This document shows, piece after piece, positions 30,524 to 41,312 of a stretch of DNA of 64,000 bases. Both the position numbers and the translations under genes were made by a program. Below the pieces are notes generated by a model. The model was not told the origin of the DNA, made no database searches, and was given only the letters and a program-made list of their open reading frames with translations. The DNA comes from Alphaproteobacteria bacterium (GTDB lineage Bacteria; Pseudomonadota; Alphaproteobacteria; MPNO01): contig CBDFLJ010000002.1 of assembly GCA_965248835.1 (NCBI GenBank), positions 2,208,001 to 2,272,000 on the forward strand, written 5' to 3'. Numbering within the stretch: position 1 is the stretch's first letter; the number at the start of each line of letters is the position of its first letter.

Positions 30524-32422
30524 GTGCGCGGGCTGCGGCCGGTGCTGGCGGCCACGCTCACCCTCGCGGCGACGGCGTGGGCGGCCGACCTCTTCCGCGC
30601 CGCCGGCATCGCGCTGTTCACCGAGCAGTATCTCGCGGCCATGCTCGGCATCGGGCTGGCGCTGGTCTACCTGCACGTCCCGGCCCGCAAGGGCGAACGG
30701 ACACGGCTGCCGTGGTACGACGCGCTCGCGGCTGTGACCGGGTTCTCCGCCGGGGCCTATATCGCGGTGCGTTTTCCCGGCCTCGCCGACCGCGTGGTGG
30801 ACGTGCCGAGCGATGCGCTTATCGCCGGGACGGTGCTCATTGTCCTGTCGATCGAAGGGCTTCGCCGGACGGCCGGGCTCACGCTGGTGATCGTCGTGGC
30901 CGCGTTTTTCCTCTACGCGCTAATCGGCCATCTGATGCCGGGTGCGTTCCAGACCCGGCCGGTCAGCGTCGACCGCTGGATATTGTATCTCACCATAGAC
31001 AACAGCGGCATCTTCGGCTTCCCGATGCAGATCGGCACGACCATCGTGGTCTCGTTCGTGCTGTTCGGCCAGCTCCTCAACAAGTCCCGCGGCGCCGAGT
31101 TCTTCAACGATCTATCGGTCGTGGTCATGGGCCGCTACCGCGGCGGCTCGGCCAAGATCTCGGTCACCGCGTCCAGCCTGTTCGGCTCGATCTCGGGCAT
31201 CGTGGTCTCCAACATCGTCTCGACCGGGGTGATCACCATCCCGATGATGCGCCGGGCCGGTTACAGCGCCCATGCCGCCGGCGCGATCGAGGCGGTGGCC
31301 TCGACCGGCGGCCAGCTCATGCCGCCGGTGATGGGCGCCGTCGCCTTCCTGATGTCGGAGCTCCTCCAGATCCCCTATGGCGAGATCGTCGTCGCCGCGC
31401 TAATCCCGGCGATCCTCTACTACGCAGCCCTGTTCATCCAAGTCGACCTCGAGGCCGTGCGCTATGGCATCAGCCGCGTGCCGGAGGAGCGGATTCCGCG
31501 GCTCAAGGCCGTGCTCGGCGCGGGCTGGTTCTTCATCCTGCCGTTCGTGGTGCTGATCTACTGCCTGTTCGGGCTCAACTTCCTGCCCGAGGCCGCGGCG
31601 CTCTATGCCTCGATCGCGCTGATCGCGGGCGCGATCGTGCTGCCCTACAAGGGGATGAGGCTCAGGCTCCGCGACATCGTCGAGGCGGTCTCCGACACCG
31701 GCTATGCCGTGCTCGACATCATCGTGATCGTGTCGGCCGCCGGTATGCTGATCGGCACCTTGAACCTTTCCGGGCTTGGCTTTGGGCTCACCTTGGCGCT
31801 GGTTGAGCTCGGCACCGGCAACCTGTTCGTGATGCTGCTGATCGCCGCGGCCTTCTGCATCATCCTTGGGCTCGGCCTGCCGACGGTCGGCGTCTACATC
31901 CTGCTCGCCGTCCTCATCGCGCCCTCGCTGGTCGAGGTCGGCGTCACCCCGCTCGCCGCCCACATGTTCATCTTCTATTTCGGCATGATGTCGATGATCA
32001 CCCCGCCGCTGGCGATCGCATCGTTTTTCGCGGCCAGCCTCGCCAAGGCCGATCCGATCCGCACCGCCTTCGCCTCGATGCGCTTTGGCTGGGTCGCCTA
32101 TGTCGTCCCGTTCCTGTTCGTCGCCTCGCCGAGCCTGCTGCTGCAGGGTGACCTCGGGCCGCTCGCCTTGGTGCTGACGACCGCTATCGGCGGGGTCTGG
32201 CTGGTCTCGGTGGCGACGACGGGGTATTTCAGGCGCCCGCTTGGGGTGGCGATGCGCGCGGCCTTCGCGGTCGCGGGACTCGCCATGATGACCCCGCACG
32301 GTATCGTGTCCTGGGGGATTTGGAGCGATCTCGCTGGGCTCGCGCTCGGCGTCGTGATCGTCGCCTGGGAGATCGCTGCGACGTGGCACGAGCGTCCGAG
32401 CGTCGAGCCGGGCCATTCCTGA
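30524..32422 (+). CDS. TRAP fused 4TM/12TM permease
   Basis: GRYRGGSAK, AIEAVASTGGQLMPPVMGA, SMITPP. Confidence 0.92.
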   Translation: MRGLRPVLAATLTLAATAWAADLFRAAGIALFTEQYLAAMLGIGLALVYLHVPARKGERTRLPWYDALAAVTGFSAGAYIAVRFPGLADRVVDVPSDALIAGTVLIVLSIEGLRRTAGLTLVIVVAAFFLYALIGHLMPGAFQTRPVSVDRWILYLTIDNSGIFGFPMQIGTTIVVSFVLFGQLLNKSRGAEFFNDLSVVVMGRYRGGSAKISVTASSLFGSISGIVVSNIVSTGVITIPMMRRAGYSAHAAGAIEAVASTGGQLMPPVMGAVAFLMSELLQIPYGEIVVAALIPAILYYAALFIQVDLEAVRYGISRVPEERIPRLKAVLGAGWFFILPFVVLIYCLFGLNFLPEAAALYASIALIAGAIVLPYKGMRLRLRDIVEAVSDTGYAVLDIIVIVSAAGMLIGTLNLSGLGFGLTLALVELGTGNLFVMLLIAAAFCIILGLGLPTVGVYILLAVLIAPSLVEVGVTPLAAHMFIFYFGMMSMITPPLAIASFFAASLAKADPIRTAFASMRFGWVAYVVPFLFVASPSLLLQGDLGPLALVLTTAIGGVWLVSVATTGYFRRPLGVAMRAAFAVAGLAMMTPHGIVSWGIWSDLAGLALGVVIVAWEIAATWHERPSVEPGHS

Positions 32423-32437
32423 GTGCTGGAGAATGCG

Positions 32438-33541
32438 ATGACGCGACCGCCGACCCGAATGCGGAACGCCAACCGGTTCAAGCTCGGGCTGTTCGCCACC
32501 AACTGTTCCGGCGGGCTAGCGATGACCAAGGTGCCCGAGCGCTGGGACGCGAGCTGGGACAACGCGCTGGCGGCCAATCGCATGGCGGAGGAAGCGGGGC
32601 TCGAATTCACCCTGCCGATCGCGCGCTGGCACGGCTATCGCGGCGAGACCGATACCGAAGGCTCATCCTACGAGACCCTAACCTGGGCAGCCGGAACCCT
32701 GGCGGCGACCAGCGAGATCGTCGCCTTTGGCACCGTACATGTTCCGTTCGTGAACCCGGTCTATGCCGCCAAGCAAATCGTGACCGCCGATCACATCGGG
32801 CATGGACGGTTCGGGCTCAACATCGTCTCGGGCTGGAACGAGGGCGAGTTCAACATGTTCGGCGCCAGCCTCCTCAAGCACGACGACCGCTATGCCTTCA
32901 GCGAGGAGTGGGTCACGATCGCGCGGCGGATCTGGACCGAGGACGAGCCGTTCGACTTCGACGGTAAGTATTTCCGGATGACCGGCGTGGAGAGCCGGCC
33001 CAAGCCCTATGGCGACGGCTCGCCGCTGGTGATGAGCGCGGGCTCCTCTGCGGCCGGTCGCGCGTTCGCCATGCGCCATGCCGATTGCCTGTTCATGATC
33101 ATCGTGGACTTCGAGACCCTGGCCGCCGAGACCGCGAGCATCCGCGCGTTGATCGAGCCGGGCCATGAGGCCGGCATCTATTGCAGCGGTCACGTGGTCT
33201 GCCGGCCGACCCAGAAGGAGGCCGAGGAATACTACCACTACTACGTTCACGACATGGGCGATTGGGAGGGTGCGGAGCACCTGCTGCAGATCCGTCAGGG
33301 TCAGCAGCAATCGGTGCCGCCGGAGCGGTTGGCCCAAATCAAGGAACGTCTGGTGAGCGGGCTCGCCACCTACCCGGTGGTCGGCAGCCCCGATCACGTC
33401 GCCGAGACCTTTCGCCGGCTGAGCGAGGCCGGCATCGACGGCATGGCCTTCGGGCTGGTCAACTACATCGACGAGCTGCCCTTCGTGCGCGACGAGCTGC
33501 TGCCGCGGATGGCGCGGCTGGGTTTGCGCGAGGCGGCTTAG
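32438..33541 (+). CDS. Luciferase-like (LLM class) flavin-dependent monooxygenase
   Basis: KLGLFATNCSGG, LPIARWHGY, GRFGLNIVSGW, MSAGSS.AGRAFA. Confidence 0.9.
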   Translation: MTRPPTRMRNANRFKLGLFATNCSGGLAMTKVPERWDASWDNALAANRMAEEAGLEFTLPIARWHGYRGETDTEGSSYETLTWAAGTLAATSEIVAFGTVHVPFVNPVYAAKQIVTADHIGHGRFGLNIVSGWNEGEFNMFGASLLKHDDRYAFSEEWVTIARRIWTEDEPFDFDGKYFRMTGVESRPKPYGDGSPLVMSAGSSAAGRAFAMRHADCLFMIIVDFETLAAETASIRALIEPGHEAGIYCSGHVVCRPTQKEAEEYYHYYVHDMGDWEGAEHLLQIRQGQQQSVPPERLAQIKERLVSGLATYPVVGSPDHVAETFRRLSEAGIDGMAFGLVNYIDELPFVRDELLPRMARLGLREAA

Positions 33542-33558
33542 GACAGGGAGGAAAGCCA

Positions 33559-34467
33559 ATGACCGGCGAACGAGGCAGCGCGATGGCCGACATCAGGGCA
33601 ATGCTCGTCGCCAACCCGCCGACCGGGGGAACCTTCCAGGACCGCCGCGACCGTTGGGAGGAGGTCTATACGCGTATCTGCCCGGTACCCGAGGGCACCA
33701 CGACCGAGCCAATCGCGGGGCCGAGAATGGACGGCGAGTGGGTGCGCGGACCGGGCGTCGACAACGACCGGTCCCGGGTCGTCTTTTATCTGCATGGCGG
33801 CGGCTTCACAGCCGGGACCGCGTCGGCCTATCGCGGCCTCGCCGCGCGGCTGAGCACCGCCGCCGCTCGGCCGGTGCTCACTGTAGACTACCGGCACGCG
33901 CCGGAGGAGCCGTATCCGGCTGCGCTCGACGACTGCGTGGCCGCTTGGCGCTGGCTGATCCGGGACTACGGGACCGCGCCCGACCGGGTGGTGCTGGTTG
34001 GCGATTCCGCGGGCGGCAACCTGGTGGTCGCGATGATGCTGCGGCTCCGTGACGACGGCGATGCGCTGCCCGCGGCCACGGTCTGCATCTCGCCGTCCTT
34101 GGATCTCGCGCTGACCGGCGAATCGGTGACCGCGCGCTCCGATCGCGATCCCTGCATTCTGCCCGAATCACTGAGGCGGTGCGCGGCCGCCTATCTCGGC
34201 GACGCCGATCCGACGAACCCGTATGCCTCGCCGCTTTATGCCGACCTCGCCGGCCTGCCGCCGCTGCTGCTCCAGTTCGGCTCGGAGGAGATGTTGCGCG
34301 ACGACAGCGTGCGCCTGGGCGAGAAGGCGGCGGCGGCCGGCGTCCAAGTCTCGGTGGAGGAAGGCGAAGGCATGATCCACGTCTGGCACCTGTTCGCCGA
34401 CCGCCTGCCCGAGGCCCGCGCGGCGATCGAGCGGGTCGGCGCGTTCGTGCGCTCGCACGCCCTCTGA
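33559..34467 (+). CDS. Alpha/beta hydrolase, HSL family esterase/lactonase
   Basis: HGGG, DYRHAPE, GDSAGG, HVW. Confidence 0.92.
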   Translation: MTGERGSAMADIRAMLVANPPTGGTFQDRRDRWEEVYTRICPVPEGTTTEPIAGPRMDGEWVRGPGVDNDRSRVVFYLHGGGFTAGTASAYRGLAARLSTAAARPVLTVDYRHAPEEPYPAALDDCVAAWRWLIRDYGTAPDRVVLVGDSAGGNLVVAMMLRLRDDGDALPAATVCISPSLDLALTGESVTARSDRDPCILPESLRRCAAAYLGDADPTNPYASPLYADLAGLPPLLLQFGSEEMLRDDSVRLGEKAAAAGVQVSVEEGEGMIHVWHLFADRLPEARAAIERVGAFVRSHAL

Positions 34468-35939
34468 GCGTTGATTCGGTGGAGGTCGATGTCGTCGTAG
34501 TCGGGGGCGGCGGCGCAGGGCTTGCCGCTGCGCTGGAGGCAGCGAGCCTTGGTGCGTCCGTCGTGCTACTCGAGAAGGCGCCGAAACTTGGCGGGACGAC
34601 CTCGATCTCGGTCGGCTCCTTCGCCGCCGCCGGCACCGACATCCAACGCCGCGCCGGCATCACCGACGATGCCGAGGCCTATTTCGACGATATCGAAGAC
34701 GTCCTTGGCGCGGACGTAGCGCGCGACAACGAGGCGCTTCGCCGGCTGCTGATCACCCGCTCCAAGGAGACGCTCGAATGGCTGATCCGGCTGGGACTGA
34801 TCTTCCACGGCCCGTACCCCGACCCGCCGCAGCGCGTGCCCCGGCTGCACAATGTGCTGCCGAGCTCCAGAGCCTATATCCATACCCTCGCCCGGCATTG
34901 CCGGCGGCGTGGCGTTCGCTTCCTGTTCGAGACGCGCGGTGTCCGGCTTCTCACCGACGATCGCCGATGCGTCGGTATCGAAGCCGAGCGCAACGGCGTG
35001 CGGGAGACTTTCCATACACGCGGCGGCGTCGTGCTGGCGAGCGGCGATACCTCGGCGAGCGCGGCGTTCCGCGAACAGTATCTTCCCGAACTTGTCGGCG
35101 TCGCCGCGATCAATCCCTTGAACAGCGGTGACGGCCAGGCCATGGGGCAAGCGCTCGGCGCACCGGTTCTCAACGGCGAGGTCATGGCTGGGCCGATCCT
35201 GCGCTTTGCGCTGCCTCGCGGCCGGGCGCTCGCCCACGGCCTGCCGCCGACGCCGCTGGTCGGCCGCCTGGCGCGCTGGTGGCTCGAAACCATGCCGGAA
35301 CGGCTCACCCGGCCCGCGCTGGTCCAATTCCTGACGGTCATGCTGTCGCCCTCGCCGGCACTGCTCGAGCACGGCGCGGTGCTCGTCGATGCGGCAGGCG
35401 GGCGACCGCCGGAGCACGGGGCGCCCGGAATAGCGCTTGCGCACGGGGTTGGCGGCAAGGGCTACTTCGTGCTCGACTGGCGGCTGGCGGACCGGTTTCG
35501 CAGGCCGCATCTCTGCGTCTCCGGTGGGCCGGGGATCGCTGAGGTCTTCCTTGACGACTACCGACGCCACCGCCCCGACCTCTATGGCGAGGCGGACGAC
35601 CTTGCCGGCCTCGCCGGGAGGATCGGCATGGACCCCGCGCGGCTCGCCGCGACTGTCGAACAGCACAACAGGGTGGCGCCCGAAGGCGGACTCTCGCGGC
35701 CGCCTTTCGTCGCCTTAGGGCCGGTGGTGCCGTTAATGCTGGTCGGCGAGGCAGGGCTCGCGGTCACCACGGCACTCGAGGTTACCGATGCCGCCGGCCA
35801 GCCGATTCCGGGTCTCTACGCCGCCGGCTCAGCGGGCCAGGGCGGCATGCTGTTGCCGGCGCACGGCCAACATCTCGCCTGGGCGTTCACCTCCGGGCGG
35901 ATCGCCGGGCAGTGCGCTGCTGGGACCCGCACCCCGTAG
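34464..35939 (+). CDS. FAD-dependent oxidoreductase (flavocytochrome c / ketosteroid Delta1-dehydrogenase-like)
   Basis: VVVGGGGAGL, LEK..GGTT, GVVLASG, NSGDG, IPGLYAAG, AFTSGRIAG; start uncertain (34464-34479). Confidence 0.78.
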   Translation: MSVDSVEVDVVVVGGGGAGLAAALEAASLGASVVLLEKAPKLGGTTSISVGSFAAAGTDIQRRAGITDDAEAYFDDIEDVLGADVARDNEALRRLLITRSKETLEWLIRLGLIFHGPYPDPPQRVPRLHNVLPSSRAYIHTLARHCRRRGVRFLFETRGVRLLTDDRRCVGIEAERNGVRETFHTRGGVVLASGDTSASAAFREQYLPELVGVAAINPLNSGDGQAMGQALGAPVLNGEVMAGPILRFALPRGRALAHGLPPTPLVGRLARWWLETMPERLTRPALVQFLTVMLSPSPALLEHGAVLVDAAGGRPPEHGAPGIALAHGVGGKGYFVLDWRLADRFRRPHLCVSGGPGIAEVFLDDYRRHRPDLYGEADDLAGLAGRIGMDPARLAATVEQHNRVAPEGGLSRPPFVALGPVVPLMLVGEAGLAVTTALEVTDAAGQPIPGLYAAGSAGQGGMLLPAHGQHLAWAFTSGRIAGQCAAGTRTP

Positions 35940-36218
35940 GCCCGTGGGCAGCATTGCAGCTTAAGCAAGACCGGACGTGGATCGATTTACGCGTTCGCGC
36001 CGGCGAGATTCCCCTCGTCTCGTCGGTTCCTCGACCGCTAACCTATCTCGAAGATCCGTTGTCGGCGCTGCGAAAATGATTGAGTGGACGCCTCGTCCCG
36101 ACGGCATCGCGATGTGCCAAGGTGGTGGTGTGATCAACCACGTGAAGGCGGAGGCGTCCACTCCATCATCTTTGCTCCGCCGATAACACCTCATCAGACT
36201 GCCAGCCGTGGCAGCCTA

Positions 36219-37049
36219 GGGTCCAGACTCAATTGAGCCAGTAGGCGAGGATAGCGGCAAGACAGACTGCGGAGAGGAAGTTTCGAGCGAGCTTGTCGTA
36301 GCGGGTGGCGATGCGGCGGAAGTCCTTGAGCCGGCAGAACATGCGCTCGATGACGTTGCGGTCGCGGTAGGTTTTGGCGTCGAAGGGGTGGAGATTGATG
36401 CGGCTGGCCTTGTTAGGGATGACGGGCGTTGCGTTGCGGCTGGCGACGGCGCGCAGCGCATCGCCGTCATAGGCCTTGTCAGCGATCAGCGCGGTCATGG
36501 GCGGCGCCACGGCCAGCACATCGACCGCGGCCGCGATATCGGCCTTCTGGCCTGGGCTCAGGACGAACGCCACCGGGCGGCAGCGCGGATCGCTCAGGGC
36601 GTGGATTTTTGTCGTCCGCCCGCCGCGCGAGCGTCCGATGGCCTGATTCTTCTCCCCCCTTTTCCGCCCGCCGCCGAGCGGTGCGCCTTGACCGAACTGG
36701 AATCGAGCGCCAGCGCCACCGGTTCCTCGGCGTTGGCGGCCAGCGCGGCGAAGATCGCCTGCCAGCGGCCGTGTTTGGACCAGCGGTTGAAGCGGTTGTA
36801 GATGGTGGTGTACGGACCATACGCGGCAGGACAGTCGCGCCAGCGCGCGCCGCATTGCAGCATATGGATAATGCCGCTGATGATCCGCCGATCGTCCGAA
36901 CGCCTTGGCCCCGTCAGACCCTGCGGCAAATGCGGCTTGATCCGAGCCCATTGCCCTTCACTCAACCAGAACAGTCCACCGCCCATCGATCCCCTCCATA
37001 ACAATTCAATCCAACAAGAGAATCACATTCTACAATTAGGTACAGACCC
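36219..37049 (-). mobile_element. IS5-family element (IS427-like), two-ORF transposase
   Basis: IRs GGGTCCAGACTCAATTG / CAATTAGGTACAGACCC, TA on both flanks; ORFs 36594-37004 and 36229-36660 joined at AAAAGGGGG; YRDRNVIERMF..LKDFRRIATRYDK. Confidence 0.9.
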
Positions 37050-37052
37050 TAA

Positions 37053-38021
37053 GTGTCCGTCCGGGGATTTTTTGAGTCGGAGAATCGGTAAGGCGGTTTA
37101 CACGTTGAAGTGGCTGAATCGGCTGTGATTCGCTCGGGGCGTCGATGCCACGCGCGAGGTGCCCGCTGTGGACCGCTGAGAACCGCCCCCGCTACAACCG
37201 CGACAAGCCGCGCTATCCGAGCGACCTCACCGATGCAGAGTGGGCGCTGATCGAGCCGCTGATCCCGCCGGGCAAGCCGGGCGGCGGCAAACCAACGCTC
37301 GATCTGCGCGAGGTGGTCAACGGGCTGATGTACGTGCTGGGCACCGGCTGCCAGTGGCACGCGCTGCCCAAGGACCTGCCGCCGCGAAGCACAGTGCACG
37401 CTTACTTCAGCCTGTGGAGCTGGGACGGCACGCTCGAGCGCATCCATCATGCGCTCTACGTCCAGTGCAGGGAAAAGGCCGAGCGCGAAGCCAGCCCCAC
37501 CGCCTGCATCATCGACAGCCAGAGCGTGAAAAGCGCCGAAAAAGGGGGCCGCGCATCGATCCGCCCGGCTTTGATGCGGGCAAGCTGATCAAGGGCAAGA
37601 AGCGGCACGTCCTGGTCGACACCCAGGGCCTGCTGCTTCGCGGCCTGGTCACCGCGGCCGACGTCCAGGACCGCGACGGCGGCATCACGTTGCTGGCGAA
37701 CCTGTTCGGCCTGTTCCCGTTCCTGCGAAAGCTGTTCGCCGACGGCGCCTATGAGGGGCCGGTCTTTCATGGCGCGCTGGCCGGCATCCTGCCCCGGCTC
37801 GAAACCGAGATCGTCAAGCGGTCCGACCGGGCCAACGGCTTGGTCGTACTGCCCAAGCGCTGGATCGTCGAGCGCTCCATCGCCTGGCTCAACCGCTGCC
37901 GGCGGCTCGCCAAGGATTGGGAAAACCGCAACCGCAACGCCCTCGGCTTCCTCAAGCTCGCCTCGATCCGACTCATGCTCCGAAAACTCTCCAATCCTTC
38001 ATGAAGTCCCCGGACGGACAC
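37053..38021 (+). mobile_element. IS5-family element (IS1031-like), two-ORF transposase, TAA duplication
   Basis: IRs GTGTCCGTCCGGGGA / TCCCCGGACGGACAC; TAA at 37050-37052 and 38022-38024; RYPSDLTDAEW, IIDSQSVK, slippery AAAAAGGGGG, KRWIVERS..RRLAKDWE. Confidence 0.93.
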
Positions 38022-38039
38022 TAAGACCGACCGCTTCCA

Positions 38040-39668
38040 CTACATGTCTTGGAACTGAAATCCCGAATAGTTTTGGGCAACCGAATCCAGAACGAGCTTC
38101 TTGTATGACTGAAAGCCGCCATAGTAGCTCCGAAGAACACGCAGTTTTCCGCGAACGTTGGCGCCGTTGTACCAGTTGTCGCCGTCAGCAAGGACCGTTT
38201 TTGCTCCCACTTCCTGCAGATGACCGGTGTACCACTGGTCCGCATCGCGGGTCGTTTCAACGGTACTGAACAGGTTCCGCCGCATATGTTCGATCAGGTC
38301 CGTCACCCATTCCGTTTGAAATTCGACGCCTGGTACGGTGTTGTAGGAAGTGAAGGGATGGTGTGCACAATCCACCATGAAGAAATTTGGAAAGCCCGCG
38401 GTCATCATGCCGAAATTCGTGAGTGGCCCGTTTGCCCAACGATCCCGAAGCGCTTCGTTGTCACGCCCGCGGATATCTATTCTGTCCAGCGCACCGGTCA
38501 GCGCGTCGTAACCCGTCGCCAGGACGAGCATGTCCAGCTCATGGAGTCGATCTTTCGTGCGCAACCCGGTTTCTTCGACACCAACGATCGGCGAAGACCT
38601 GACGTCGACCAGCTTCACATCCGGACGGTTGAAAGTCTCGAAATAATTGCTGTCGGTGCACACCCGCCTGCTGCCGAACGCATAGTGTTTTGGTACGAGC
38701 AGCTCGGCCAATTCCGGGGCGTCAATCTTTTCTCGAATTTTCTTACGCACAAACTCGGAGACCTTGGCGTTGGCCTCGAGATCGAACAAAATGTCGGTGT
38801 AAGACGTCAACAGGTACAGCCCGCCCGCTTCCCACCGCCGTTCAAACTCCGCTTCCATCTCTTCGGCAGACACGGCAGTTGTCGGTATTTTTAGAGCATC
38901 CATCCAAATGTCGATGCCGCAGTTGGAATTGCGCTCTTTGCGCCGACTCTCGGGATAATTCGCTTTGATCTTCTCTTGATAATCGGGGTCCATCGGGCCG
39001 TTTTGAACCGAAACGCTAAAGTTCGGCGTACGCTGAAACACCGTGAGAGTTTCCGCTTGTTCCGCGATCACCGGAATGCACTGAATGCCCGATGGTCCCG
39101 TGCCGACCACGCCGACATGCTTTCCGCCGAATTCGACCGGATGGTCGGGCCAACCAAAGGTGCGGTATAGTTCGCCGGCGAATCGATCCAAACCGTCGAT
39201 CTCGTCGGCTTTTGGCGTCGACATGTAGCCAACGGCCATCACTGCGAAGCGGGCGATCACTTCTCCGCTTCGATCGGTCGAAATACGCCAAAGTTCCGCG
39301 TCGTCATCAAAGGCAGCAGACAGGACACGCGTTTCGAACTGCATGTGCTGCCGCAGGTCGAACTTGTCGACAACGTGATTGATGTAGGCGAGGATTTCGG
39401 GTTGATGCGCGAAGCGTCGGCTCCAAGACCATTCCTGTTGCAGCTCCTCGGAGAATGAATAGGAATATTCCAGGCTCTCGATGTCACAGGCAGCACCAGG
39501 ATACCGGTTCCAATACCAGGTCCCGCCGACCCCTGGCGCGGCTTCGTACAACCGGACCGAAAGACCGAGCGCTCGCAGACGGTAGACAAGATAAACGCCG
39601 GCGAAACCGGCGCCTACCACAACGGTATCGAAGTCAGGCTTGGCAGAGGTCAATTTTTCTGACGGCAT
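38040..39668 (-). CDS. Baeyer-Villiger monooxygenase (cyclohexanone monooxygenase family)
   Basis: GAGFAG, GGTWYWNRYPG..CDIES, GTGPSG, FQRTP, ATGYD, GFPNFF. Confidence 0.92.
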   Translation of the reverse strand: MPSEKLTSAKPDFDTVVVGAGFAGVYLVYRLRALGLSVRLYEAAPGVGGTWYWNRYPGAACDIESLEYSYSFSEELQQEWSWSRRFAHQPEILAYINHVVDKFDLRQHMQFETRVLSAAFDDDAELWRISTDRSGEVIARFAVMAVGYMSTPKADEIDGLDRFAGELYRTFGWPDHPVEFGGKHVGVVGTGPSGIQCIPVIAEQAETLTVFQRTPNFSVSVQNGPMDPDYQEKIKANYPESRRKERNSNCGIDIWMDALKIPTTAVSAEEMEAEFERRWEAGGLYLLTSYTDILFDLEANAKVSEFVRKKIREKIDAPELAELLVPKHYAFGSRRVCTDSNYFETFNRPDVKLVDVRSSPIVGVEETGLRTKDRLHELDMLVLATGYDALTGALDRIDIRGRDNEALRDRWANGPLTNFGMMTAGFPNFFMVDCAHHPFTSYNTVPGVEFQTEWVTDLIEHMRRNLFSTVETTRDADQWYTGHLQEVGAKTVLADGDNWYNGANVRGKLRVLRSYYGGFQSYKKLVLDSVAQNYSGFQFQDM

Positions 39669-39790
39669 CGCGCGATCTCCTCACCAATTATCGACTGGCG
39701 GCTGCAATTCAGAAATCGCCGGGCGGACAATTTGGCCGGACGACCAAACGCCCATCGTCTTTGCGGGCCGTTTCATTTCGGCTCCCGCGA

Positions 39791-40258
39791 TCACCCTGCG
39801 TCCAGCGGCCGTACGCCATATTTGGGCATGTAAGCGGTACGGAGTTGCGCCTCGTCTTCGTTGCCGAACGTGTAGGCTGGCGACAGAACGGGCTTGGCTT
39901 CATCAACTTGAATCCGCACCACCTCGTGGACGGGGTATTCCGTGCCATTGATCTCCCAAACCCATTCCGCAATGGTTTGATAGTCGTCGGTTCCGGGCGG
40001 CAGGATTTCGGCCGTGCCCTTGAATCGGTAGCCGCGGCGCGAAAAAATATCGACGACATTGATCTCGATGGCGGGATTGGCGCGCAGATTCCTGACTGTG
40101 TTCGGTGAGGCCATGTTCGCAAAGAACAGCTTATCGTTATGCGCTTTGAGCGATGCTTTCGGGGATAAGTTCGGTGTGCCGTCCTCGTTGACAGTCGCGA
40201 CAAACGAAAGGATGGCGCGGCCGATAATGTCCTTCATATCGTCTGTGAGCTTGGTCAT
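39791..40258 (-). CDS. Pyridoxamine 5'-phosphate oxidase-like flavin-binding protein
   Basis: FVATVNEDGTPNLSPK, TVRNLRANP, GYRFKG. Confidence 0.85.
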   Translation of the reverse strand: MTKLTDDMKDIIGRAILSFVATVNEDGTPNLSPKASLKAHNDKLFFANMASPNTVRNLRANPAIEINVVDIFSRRGYRFKGTAEILPPGTDDYQTIAEWVWEINGTEYPVHEVVRIQVDEAKPVLSPAYTFGNEDEAQLRTAYMPKYGVRPLDAG

Positions 40259-40392
40259 CCTACGACCTCCCGTAGTTTAAAGGCGAGGCGCTCTACGCGG
40301 CATCCGGCGGTAGGACCGGGACGGTCAAGCTGCCACGGCGGGCCGCTTAATCGGAGCATTCTCGCTCACAGGAGCGACGGAATCCAGCGTCA

Positions 40393-40821
40393 GGCGTTGT
40401 CGGACAGAAATGGATTGATGGCCAGATGGGGCATCCATAGTTTTGCCGGATGCGAAATCCCTTCCGTTATTTCAACAGTTCGCCCGAGGTCATCCGCCTC
40501 GCGGTGATGATGTATGTCCGCTACCCGTTGTCGCTGAGACAGGTCGAAGATCTGCTATTGGAGCGCGGCATCGACGTCTGTCACGAGACGGTGCGGTTCT
40601 GGTGGCACCGCTGCTGAAGTTCCTGAAGCGCACGATGAAGCGCTATGGCCGGCCGGCATCGATCGCCACGGACAGGCTTCGGTCATACCGGGCGGCGTTG
40701 CAGGTGACGCGACATTTCAAACAAGACCGAACCGCCGCCCTGGCCGGGTGGCGTCAACGAGCAGCCTGAAGGCGCTCGATTGCAGGTTCTACAAGTCCTG
40801 TCCTGTTAGTCTGACAATGCC
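40393..40821 (+). mobile_element. IS6-family internally deleted element, both ends retained (429 bp)
   Basis: GGCGTTGTCGGACA ... AGTCTGACAATGCC; two internal deletions; opposite orientation to the other copies. Confidence 0.88.
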
Positions 40822-41173
40822 CGCGCGATCCATCCGTTGGATCGGCATGCGGCCGTCATTGCCGTGCAGAGCGCCGTCGACGTCGCCGTCGGACTCGAGC
40901 TTGCGGAAATACGGCAGGACATCGTTCCAACCCCAGCCCGCGACTCCCAGCGCTTCCTATTCGTCGTAGTCATCCGGCGCGCCGCGGTTGGGTGTAGGCC
41001 AGAAGCTGCATCCATTTGTAGAGCGGGTTGCTTGCCGAGCGGGGGAACGTATCGAGGATGTCCCGCGGCTCCTGCCCTGGCGGAGTGTCGACGCCGGATT
41101 CGATCAGCAGAACGCGGTTGGCCGGCACGCAACCCGCCAATCCCCCGCCCACGATAATATACTCGAAGTCCAT
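40822..41173 (-). pseudogene. GMC oxidoreductase N-terminal remnant
   Basis: MDFEYIIVGGGLAGCV..VLLIESG then PDDYDE*..GWGWNDVLPYFRKLE..LHG; stop, deletions, cut by IS6. Confidence 0.8.
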
Positions 41174-41312
41174 CGGCCCCTCCCCGGACCCCGCCGTGGG
41201 CGGCGGGGCGGCGGTCTCGTTGACCGCCGGAACGGTGGAGCGTAGCATTTTGGCGCAGCCTCGCGCGCTCCTCGAACAGCGTCGCGCGGGCCGGGCGGGC
41301 GGGAGTGCACCG

